50,786 bases of DNA. It comes from a virus. Taxonomy: Duplodnaviria; Caudoviricetes. Positions 10,011-17,190 of the stretch are shown in pieces. The position numbers and the translations under genes are program-made. Each line of letters starts with the position of its first letter. The stretch's first letter is position 1. The stretch is from the IMG/VR virus record IMGVR_UViG_3300030099_004693, positions 1 through 50,786 of that record. The stretch is one strand, 5' to 3'. Under the pieces are notes generated by a model that did not search any database, was not told the DNA's origin, and was given only the letters and a program-made list of their open reading frames with translations.

Positions 10011-10121
10011 CTACTACTAGTAGTACTACTAGTACTTACATACGTTTATCTGTTAATACTAAGTATTATATGTTACCAATCTCACTACTACTAGTACTAC
10101 TATTAGTACTACTACGTAGTA
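10011..10121. repeat. CTACTAGTA/TAGTACTA palindromic direct-repeat cluster
   Basis: CTACTACTAGTA occurs at 10011 and 10085, with several overlapping ACTAGT and AGTACT palindromes; A-tracts follow at 10121-10170. Confidence 0.7.
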
Positions 10122-10198
10122 AAATAAGAAAGTTTAGAAAAAATGCAAGAAAAAAATTTTCAAAAAATTTTCTGTAGAATGGATGCACGTGATATACC

Positions 10199-10597
10199 AT
10201 CTATGCCACGGGGTTGATTTACGGGTCGTGGGGGTCAACTTTCGTTGAAACTTGTATTTGTGTTGCCCCCAGCACGACCATCACTCATAATCTCAACCAA
10301 CTAGCTGTATACTACAAATACTTGCTGTTTGTTTAGGCATTTGTGCTTGTGCTTGTGGTTGGTTGAGAGTTATTCATTGCGTACAATCGTATTGTATTAT
10401 ACCTTTTTACTACACATACTGGTATAATACAACTTGTTGTGTCAACCCTCGCTTTACTTATATCAAGCCTAATATTCGCTGTTTTACACTACCTTTATTA
10501 CTACTCTAATCACTACCATCGGTAGTGTAAAAGTATGCTAGCATACCACGAATATTAGTTTGATATAAGTATGCGCTCGTTGTCCCTAGGCATAGAT
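10199..10597 (+). ncRNA. Candidate ~400-nt multi-domain structured RNA (or ssDNA) element
   Basis: Nested stems 10199-207/10589-597, 10210-218/10441-449, 10224-230/10273-279, 10291-303/10356-368, 10392-403/10421-432, 10456-466/10560-570, 10469-478/10549-558, 10482-493/10521-532; most non-Watson-Crick positions within arms are G-U on the + strand. Confidence 0.55.
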
Positions 10598-10648
10598 TTT
10601 TTTCCTCTTCTAGTAGGTGATAATTTTAAATTTACAAAGGAGAAAGAT

Positions 10649-10984
10649 ATGTTAAGCTTACAAGAAATAGTAACCAATTTAAAATTTACTGATACTATGA
10701 ACCAGCTACTATCAAAGATAGTAGCACCAGATGCAGTATCAGTAATACCCTCAAAGAGCAAGAAAGGCGTTGAGGGTATTAAGATTTACGGCATTCAATG
10801 CTTTAACAAAGCTCAGCTGATGAAAGATGAAGACTTTTCAGCATTGAATGACGCAATCAAAGCATCATCTAACCATAGTCTGCTTGTACGTCACGATGAT
10901 GCGTATGAAACGCCTATGGTTTGGATTGGCCCAGGCTCTACTAATAGCCAATCCAAAGAAGATAAGCAGGCCCTGTTTGCTTAG
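10649..10984 (+). CDS. First early gene, hypothetical
   Basis: ORF 10571-10984; AAGGAG RBS supports a start at 10649. Confidence 0.75.
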   Translation: MLSLQEIVTNLKFTDTMNQLLSKIVAPDAVSVIPSKSKKGVEGIKIYGIQCFNKAQLMKDEDFSALNDAIKASSNHSLLVRHDDAYETPMVWIGPGSTNSQSKEDKQALFA

Positions 10985-10989
10985 TCTTC

Positions 10990-11010
10990 AAGGGAACTTA
11001 CGTTCCCTTT
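10990..11010 (+). terminator. Hairpin/possible terminator
   Basis: AAGGGAAC-TTAC-GTTCCCTT just after the stop codon; U tail is short. Confidence 0.5.
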
Positions 11011-11027
11011 AAACGTTAATGTATAAT

Positions 11028-11093
11028 TGGTGGTGGCAAAAGCTCAAGTGTTGTTACTAGTCCTTTCACTACTTGGACGAGTAGCCACCACTA
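11028..11093 (+). promoter_or_regulatory. Intergenic stem-loop before RBS
   Basis: TGGTGGTGGC/GCCACCACTA closing stem (one G-U). Confidence 0.5.
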
Positions 11094-11109
11094 CAACTGT
11101 GAGGTAAAT

Positions 11110-11250
11110 ATGAATAAATTTAAAATAGTAAACTTATTAAATGGTGCAGTAACAGTAGTAGTAGCTAAGTCTTATGTATCAGCACTTAAACGCGGTAGAA
11201 GATACTTTAGTGAGCCAAATAGAACTAAAGTACCAGTGCAGGTAATATAG
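11110..11250 (+). CDS. 46-aa hypothetical protein (not in ORF track)
   Basis: GAGG RBS; MNKFKIVNLLNGAVTVVVAKSYVSALKRGRRYFSEPNRTKVPVQVI. Confidence 0.7.
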   Translation: MNKFKIVNLLNGAVTVVVAKSYVSALKRGRRYFSEPNRTKVPVQVI

Positions 11251-11252
11251 AT

Positions 11253-11624
11253 ATGAAGACGAATGATATTTTTCTATATTGGACTGTTACAGTATTTGTA
11301 TTGGCAATTACAGCTGGTATGTATTTAAAACATATTGATTACTGGTTTATAGGTGCTGTAATTGTATTTTTACTAGTTGGTTACTATTTTGATATTGCAG
11401 AACAAGAACAGAATCATAAGACGAGTGTTCTTGATAAGTCTGATTATAAAATGCAATACCAGGCTCCAGATGAACCAGATTGGGAAGCTGAAGCTGCAAT
11501 ATCAGCAATAGAAGATAGTTGGGACGATTACGAAAAAATGTGGGATAGTAAAGTCAATTGTAACAAATGTAAAAACGAGGTTTATTTACATGTATGCATG
11601 TGTAAACCTGTAGTTAATAATTAA
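11253..11624 (+). CDS. Membrane protein (2 TM) with acidic tail and C-terminal Cys cluster
   Basis: Two hydrophobic segments; CNKC...HVCMC. Confidence 0.7.
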   Translation: MKTNDIFLYWTVTVFVLAITAGMYLKHIDYWFIGAVIVFLLVGYYFDIAEQEQNHKTSVLDKSDYKMQYQAPDEPDWEAEAAISAIEDSWDDYEKMWDSKVNCNKCKNEVYLHVCMCKPVVNN

Positions 11625-11627
11625 CGA

Positions 11628-11702
11628 AATAAAGCACGGATTTATTAGAGGATACTTTGCGTCGATGACAAGCTCAGTATTGGTCTCGGTTCGTGCTTTA
11701 TT
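11628..11702 (+). promoter_or_regulatory. Long intergenic hairpin before RBS
   Basis: AATAAAGCACGGA/TTCGTGCTTTATT 13-bp stem plus inner GATACT/AGTATT. Confidence 0.55.
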
Positions 11703-11721
11703 ACTAACTTATGAGGTAATA

Positions 11722-12081
11722 ATGAGATATAAAAACGAATTTGTAACATTAATTAGTGGTTGTGTAGCTGTTGTATTGTTAGGCTATTTATCATACAATG
11801 CAATGGTAACAAGAGATGTACCTGTCGAAAAGATAGTATATCAAGATAAAGAAGTAATGGTAGAAGTACCAAAGTATATAACAGAAACAATAACAGATAC
11901 AATATACAGAGACCAATTTATTCCTTTGTATTTAAGTATCAGTAAAAGTGAGTTTGAAGAGGTGTTTAGGCATTACCGAGATTTACGAGGTCCATGTAGT
12001 ACATTTGACTGGAATGGTAGACTATACAACACCAGACTCGACATAGAACCAAAAGATATTTGCTCTCCTAAAGTAAAATGA
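11722..12081 (+). CDS. Membrane-anchored hypothetical protein
   Basis: GAGG RBS supports a start at 11722; N-terminal TM followed by a VPVEKIV/VEVPK stalk. Confidence 0.7.
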   Translation: MRYKNEFVTLISGCVAVVLLGYLSYNAMVTRDVPVEKIVYQDKEVMVEVPKYITETITDTIYRDQFIPLYLSISKSEFEEVFRHYRDLRGPCSTFDWNGRLYNTRLDIEPKDICSPKVK

Positions 12082-12218
12082 GCTATATAAAACAATATTG
12101 TCCATACAGAACAAGATACGAATTATTAGAATGGGCAAAAACTCGGTATCCTTCAACCAAGTTTGATAGTAAGTGGTCTAAAAAAAGACTGTTCGCGCTA
12201 TACTACAATACTAAATGA
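12078..12218 (+). CDS. 46-aa hypothetical protein (not in ORF track)
   Basis: ATGA overlap; MSYIKQYCPYRTRYELLEWAKTRYPSTKFDSKWSKKRLFALYYNTK. Confidence 0.65.
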   Translation: MSYIKQYCPYRTRYELLEWAKTRYPSTKFDSKWSKKRLFALYYNTK

Positions 12219-12243
12219 AGGTGGTGTAAGAAACCATCTACTA

Positions 12244-12298
12244 GCAGGTGTATACAATACTCCTCTCATCCGTGTCTTGTTCGCGTGTATGCACCTGC
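12244..12298 (+). promoter_or_regulatory. Intergenic hairpin
   Basis: GCAGGTGTATACA/TGTATGCACCTGC 13-bp stem (one G-U). Confidence 0.5.
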
Positions 12299-12477
12299 AA
12301 ATAATTAAAACTATGTACCTCATAGTTATAGGTGATGGGTAACCATTATAAAGATATTGACGACTTATGTTAGGCACGTTACATAGTAACAGATGCATTA
12401 AGTATTGGAAGGGTCAAGCCACCTAAATTTTTAATTCAACAGATAAACAAGATAACGCTAACGTAAGGAGTCATGTT

Positions 12478-12747
12478 ATGGCAAACACAAATGTAATAAC
12501 AATAGAAAGTAATATACCAATACCAGAATCAAGATGGTTAGGGAATTCAGATAAATATGGGTTTGTAAATAATTTAAATGTAAGTGATAGTTTTTACATA
12601 AATGGAAATACTCCAGATTATAAACCACAAAATGTTAAGGCTCATATTTACAAATTAAATGCTAGTACTGATAAAAAATATACAATTAGAACTATTGAAG
12701 GAACATCAGCAAATCCTGTCGCAATAAGAGTTTGGAGAACAGCTTAA
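12478..12747 (+). CDS. Small conserved phage protein (IExNIPIP...KY.F..L.V.DSF...RVWR type)
   Basis: Pattern recalled from a common small phage family; AAGGAG RBS. Confidence 0.65.
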   Translation: MANTNVITIESNIPIPESRWLGNSDKYGFVNNLNVSDSFYINGNTPDYKPQNVKAHIYKLNASTDKKYTIRTIEGTSANPVAIRVWRTA

Positions 12748-12791
12748 TTTAACAGATAATAAGATAACGATAAAATAAAGGAGCCTATATT

Positions 12792-13061
12792 ATGGCAAAC
12801 GCAACAAGTGCACCTAGCGGTGAAAGAACAGTAAGTGTAAGTGAAAATGGTAGCTGGTCTACTAAAACAATCGTAGCAAATACTATTGGCGAACTAAGAA
12901 TAGCGTTAGATATACCTAACGAAGCTACAGTTAACGTTCAAGACCAATTGTATACAGATAATTCATCTGCAATGCCAGTTAACGAGCTAAATGATGATGG
13001 TACAACACGACCATTATGTATTGGCTGGGTAGCTAACAATAAAACAGGAGGCGCAAAGTAA
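12792..13061 (+). CDS. Ubiquitin-like (beta-grasp) protein precursor ending GG-AK
   Basis: Strand-strand-helix (TIGELRIAL)-strand-strand pattern, C-terminal NKTGGAK; next to JAB and E1 genes. Confidence 0.7.
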   Translation: MANATSAPSGERTVSVSENGSWSTKTIVANTIGELRIALDIPNEATVNVQDQLYTDNSSAMPVNELNDDGTTRPLCIGWVANNKTGGAK

Positions 13062-13086
13062 TGTATCCTGATAAGTAAATAATAAT

Positions 13087-13178
13087 TAAGGGGGACAATA
13101 AGCCAAGTAGTTCTAGTGGATATAGGTGGTGTTCACCGAACACAGAAACTAGACATAGACATCGGTGAGTCCCCCTTA
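13087..13178 (+). promoter_or_regulatory. Structured intergenic element with possible pseudoknot
   Basis: TAAGGGGGAC/GTCCCCCTTA closing stem, TCACCGA/TCGGTGA, crossing TCTAGT/ACTAGA. Confidence 0.5.
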
Positions 13179-13195
13179 TAAAATAAAGGAGAATT

Positions 13196-14818
13196 ATGAA
13201 TTTGTTATTAGATTTTAATTCAAGTCCAACAATTAATAAAAATATCGTAGAATGTAGTAAATCTCCTGTAGAATTTACAGAAACAGGAGCACGCATTAAG
13301 TTTATTAGACCACCACGATATGAGCCATCACACAATTCATTGTGGATAGATATTCTTAATATTGATACATTGTGGGATAATGTAGATGCAGAGCAGTTTG
13401 CAAATAACACAGGAATGCAAGACATAATAGCATTTAAAGAAGAGCTGGAAATAGTAAACACATATTTGTATGATGCTTTTGGAATAACAGATAAGATTGA
13501 TGTTACTAAATCATATGGTTGGAAGAAAGGTTGTTACGATATTGTTAAAGATGCAATTGCAAAAGCTCACAGATTTAACATGAGACCATCAGGTATGCCT
13601 AGTATATTCAACAGAATACAAGATAATAGGTGGATGTATGAACAGCTACAAAGACAAATGCTAGGTCTTGATGCTTATCGTAATAAAGCTAAATCAGCAG
13701 AAATAACACTTGATAGTAGTATCGAAAATATTATTGAAAGCCAACGAGCAGCTTATGATAATATCATAGAAAGTACAAATCAAGCTAATAATATGTCTGA
13801 TTATTACAAAGTATATAATTACATTGAACCATCAACTGATAGTGTTGATATTCAATTATATACAATTGTACATTGCAAATCAAAAGATATGACTATTATT
13901 AACAACAGAAACGAAGAGATATGTAAAATGAAAGTGCCTGAATGTTATCTTAAGTTTCATAGACCATTGTACAGAGCATTAAATGGTGGGAACAGGTATC
14001 CTTTACATTATACTGCAGCTGTTATGCATGGTAAACATCCATACATTAACGCAACACCGTATCGAAGGTTAAATCATTCGAGTATAGATAGATATGCATG
14101 GAGCACATTATGTCTATCTAGTTATACTGATGATATAGAGCGTGCGTTGAAAAAAAATGATTACATGTCTTTTGTTATGGGTATTATGAATTGGAATAAT
14201 ATTTATAATAAAGATGCAACTAATCCATATGCTGAAATCACACAAGTTATGACTTATGGTACATTTCCAGAAGTTAAAAACGAAGATGAACTGCATAGAA
14301 TAAGAACGGCTCTTAATATTAGTCTACACGAGTTCTTTCGCGCTAAATACTTTAAACACACAATGACAGAACTTGATAGTGTTCAAAGAGATTGGAACGA
14401 AAGAATAACTAGAAATTACTCTCCATATGCAAGATATATTGTTGAAGAATATGATAGTAAGAATTGTCCAACACGAAATGTTTGCACTGGATATCAAAAT
14501 CTTAAATCATATCTTGATTCAGATACGCAGTATATGGTAGAAGAAATGGTAGGTAATTTTCTTATTAATGACAATAGTAATGAGTTTGATGTAGGCTATG
14601 AGTTTCAAGAACTAGAATCAATACTAATGGCTATAAATCATTCTGTAAGAGCTGAAAACTTGTGGGACCAGTTACAGCAACTAAAGTACTCAGATGAAAC
14701 TGATTACTGGGGTGAAGCCCCGATAAAAACCGATAATAACCCTGATATTGCAGCGATGCAAGCTAAAATATCACAATGGGAAGAACAATTAGCAGCCTCA
14801 GGAGGTATAAATGAGTAG
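13196..14818 (+). CDS. Large protein with putative E2 (UBC-like) conjugating domain
   Basis: H281-PYIN...STL-C306-L then a helix and YN...NPY, echoing E2 HPNI...ICL...PN..SP; operon context. Confidence 0.6.
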   Translation: MNLLLDFNSSPTINKNIVECSKSPVEFTETGARIKFIRPPRYEPSHNSLWIDILNIDTLWDNVDAEQFANNTGMQDIIAFKEELEIVNTYLYDAFGITDKIDVTKSYGWKKGCYDIVKDAIAKAHRFNMRPSGMPSIFNRIQDNRWMYEQLQRQMLGLDAYRNKAKSAEITLDSSIENIIESQRAAYDNIIESTNQANNMSDYYKVYNYIEPSTDSVDIQLYTIVHCKSKDMTIINNRNEEICKMKVPECYLKFHRPLYRALNGGNRYPLHYTAAVMHGKHPYINATPYRRLNHSSIDRYAWSTLCLSSYTDDIERALKKNDYMSFVMGIMNWNNIYNKDATNPYAEITQVMTYGTFPEVKNEDELHRIRTALNISLHEFFRAKYFKHTMTELDSVQRDWNERITRNYSPYARYIVEEYDSKNCPTRNVCTGYQNLKSYLDSDTQYMVEEMVGNFLINDNSNEFDVGYEFQELESILMAINHSVRAENLWDQLQQLKYSDETDYWGEAPIKTDNNPDIAAMQAKISQWEEQLAASGGINE

Positions 14819-15779
14819 ACCTAACTTTATTATTAAAGAAAAAGCGTGGAACACTATGCAACAGTATGCAGGCATTGCATATGACAAGGATAAAAACGAG
14901 ATATCTGGATTGATACCATATAAACTAACAAAGCATCCTGTATCAAACGAGACTGTATATGAGTTATTTGACCCAGTTATCTTAAAACAAGAAAACTCAG
15001 GAACAACAACAGAGCTTGATGGTGAAGCGTTACGAGATTACCAAATTAAAGCTGGCATGAAATATGGAACAGACATCAGGTTTTGTTGGTGGCATTCACA
15101 TCATACAATGGGCGCATTCTGGTCAGGAACAGATGACAAAGAAATAAAAGCATGGAAGAATGATTCATGGTCACTTGCACTTGTTGTTAATCTGTTTGGA
15201 GAATACAAACTAAATGTATCTGTTTGGAAACCAATAGAGTTTTCTGAAGATGTGCCATTAGAAATTATAAGAGATATTCCTAAAGCAACAAAAACACAGC
15301 TTAAAGAATACGATGAATTATGTTCTAATAAAACAGAAGTCGTACATACTGGCTGGCAATCAAAAGGATATACTCCTCACAATCAAGTAACTATGTGGAA
15401 TAATCAAACTAAAGAAGATGCGCTTGACCCTAATGCGCACAAAAAGCTAAAATGGGTTCATGGAGAATCTATGGAACCTTATGCAGAGCTTATCGAAGCA
15501 TTAGATGAAGCAGTATCTGATATAATAGATGATTTCTGTCAAGGTACTATGGATTATAAAGAATATTCTAGCAAAATCAAAATGTTAAACAAAGACTTAA
15601 AGCAAAGAAATGCAAAAGTTAAAATTAATATACTGCCAAAAGGCAAAGTATTGGAAAAAGCAATGACTATGCAAGCTTGGGAACATTTAAAATATGATAA
15701 CGAAGCTGTAGAAAAATCATATGATGATGCTAGATTAACTAACTATCAAACAAACTATGGAGGTTATGGATGGGTATAA
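14811..15779 (+). CDS. JAB/JAMM (MPN+) metalloprotease
   Basis: E30...H95-S-H97-x7-S105-x2-D108, an exact JAMM motif. Confidence 0.9.
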   Translation: MSRPNFIIKEKAWNTMQQYAGIAYDKDKNEISGLIPYKLTKHPVSNETVYELFDPVILKQENSGTTTELDGEALRDYQIKAGMKYGTDIRFCWWHSHHTMGAFWSGTDDKEIKAWKNDSWSLALVVNLFGEYKLNVSVWKPIEFSEDVPLEIIRDIPKATKTQLKEYDELCSNKTEVVHTGWQSKGYTPHNQVTMWNNQTKEDALDPNAHKKLKWVHGESMEPYAELIEALDEAVSDIIDDFCQGTMDYKEYSSKIKMLNKDLKQRNAKVKINILPKGKVLEKAMTMQAWEHLKYDNEAVEKSYDDARLTNYQTNYGGYGWV

Positions 15780-16441
15780 ACATGAGAAGCGAAGGCTTAG
15801 TAAACACTTTGCATGAATATACTTTTCATATATTAGGTTGCGGAGCTATTGGTAGTTCTGCAGCTACTCAGTTACTAAGATGTGGTGCTAAAAACTTTGT
15901 ATTATACGATATGGATAAAGTAGCAACAGAAAACATCGGCGTATCTCAGTATATGGATGAGCATATTGGCATGTTAAAAACTGAAGCATTAGAAGAACAT
16001 CTGATGAGTATTAATTGTAGGAACGTAGAAATAATACAATCACCAGAATACTTTAACATGTTTCGATATCAAAATAATAATGACATTGTAATATTAGGTT
16101 TTGATAGTATGAAATCTAGAAAACATGCAGTTCAAGAAATATGTTCAAATAAACAAACTAAACCATTCTTGTTGATAGATGGTAGGATGGGCGGTGAACA
16201 TTACCAACAATATTTGTTTAAAGACTTGACACTAAATAAATATCTAAAAACATGGTATTCTGACGAAGATGGTGATGCAGAGCCATGTAATGTCAAAGCA
16301 ACAAGTTATTGCTCAAATATGGCAGGTAGTATGATTGTAAACGCTATTAGAAAGGTAGTTACAGATAGTCCTTACGAAACAATGTTGACTTTTAACTTCC
16401 CTACAATGACAATACAAAAAAATACTTGTTTCCCAGCCTGA
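15770..16441 (+). CDS. ThiF/MoeB/E1-like adenylyltransferase
   Basis: GCGAIGS, DMDKV..EN, G..K..AL, FDS...R, IDGRMG, candidate catalytic C173 (EPCN). Confidence 0.92.
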   Translation: MGINMRSEGLVNTLHEYTFHILGCGAIGSSAATQLLRCGAKNFVLYDMDKVATENIGVSQYMDEHIGMLKTEALEEHLMSINCRNVEIIQSPEYFNMFRYQNNNDIVILGFDSMKSRKHAVQEICSNKQTKPFLLIDGRMGGEHYQQYLFKDLTLNKYLKTWYSDEDGDAEPCNVKATSYCSNMAGSMIVNAIRKVVTDSPYETMLTFNFPTMTIQKNTCFPA

Positions 16442-16454
16442 CAATTAGTAAATT
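16426..16454 (+). promoter_or_regulatory. Possible sigma70-like promoter for the replication module
   Basis: TTGTTT-17 nt-TAAATT with an upstream A-tract. Confidence 0.35.
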
Positions 16455-16490
16455 GATAGCTCGTCTTCAATCTCTGAAGGCGAGTTATCG
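16454..16490 (+). promoter_or_regulatory. 16-bp hairpin after the E1 gene
   Basis: TGATAGCTCGTCTTCA-ATCTC-TGAAGGCGAGTTATCG, three G-U pairs. Confidence 0.55.
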
Positions 16491-16515
16491 TTATCGTAAA
16501 TAAGGAAAAAACACA

Positions 16516-17190
16516 ATGAAACTAACAAAAGAAAAAAGGAAAGCTATTTCTGTAAATCCTTCTACTTTATTATTGTATGGAGCACCTAAAGTTGGTAAAA
16601 CTACCATGCTATCTAATTTAGATGATTGTCTAATAATAGATACAGAAAAAGGTAGTCGTATGATTGAAGGTTACATACAAGAAGTAAATAGTAGAGATGA
16701 GTTAATTGAAACATTAATAGCTATTAAAGAAAGTAAAGATGTAAAGTATAAATATATAGCTATTGATACAATTGATAAAGTCGCAGAATGGGCTGAACGC
16801 AGAGTATGCGAAGAAGAAGGTGTGAACTCTATTGCTGATTTAGCATTTGGTAAAGGTTATGGACTTGTACGTGAAAAAGTAGCTAAAACTATTTCACATT
16901 TCAAAGAAGTAGCAGAACATCTTATCATCATTGGACATAGAAAAGTAGCGTATGCAGTAACAGAAGGTAACCCTATAGTAATACCAGAATCTCTTGATTT
17001 AACAGGTAAACTAAAAAATGTTATCATGGCTGGTTGTGATGCTATTGGATATGTATATCGTGATGACAAAGAAAACCTAATGGTGTCTTTTAAAGCTAAT
17101 GATAGCATAGAAGCAGGTAGTAGATGTCCTCATTTAAAGGGTAAAGAAGTTAAATTTGAATGGAAAAATATATATAAGGAGGCTAAATAA
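16516..17190 (+). CDS. AAA_24/Sak4-like P-loop ATPase (ssDNA annealing/recombination)
   Basis: LLYGAPKVGKTT, IIDTEKG, IAIDT, FGKGY, IIIGH. Confidence 0.85.
   Translation: MKLTKEKRKAISVNPSTLLLYGAPKVGKTTMLSNLDDCLIIDTEKGSRMIEGYIQEVNSRDELIETLIAIKESKDVKYKYIAIDTIDKVAEWAERRVCEEEGVNSIADLAFGKGYGLVREKVAKTISHFKEVAEHLIIIGHRKVAYAVTEGNPIVIPESLDLTGKLKNVIMAGCDAIGYVYRDDKENLMVSFKANDSIEAGSRCPHLKGKEVKFEWKNIYKEAK

Noticed and set aside
10011-10121. CRISPR mini-array
   Set aside because: No regular repeat-spacer periodicity; repeats are short and low-complexity
13067-13150. Hammerhead ribozyme (CTGATAAG...GAAAC)
   Set aside because: The core deviates from CUGAnGA and the flanking helices do not fit hammerhead topology
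14811-15779. Lambda gpK/gpI-type tail assembly JAB/Ubl pair
   Set aside because: It lies in the early block opposite the structural genes, has no NlpC/P60 domain, is accompanied by E1, and the phage is podovirus-like
12792-16441. ThiS/ThiF or MoaD/MoeB sulfur-relay auxiliary metabolic genes
   Set aside because: No ThiG, MoaE, cysteine synthase or rhodanese is present, and an E2-like Cys protein sits in the cassette; sulfur transfer is less likely but not formally excluded
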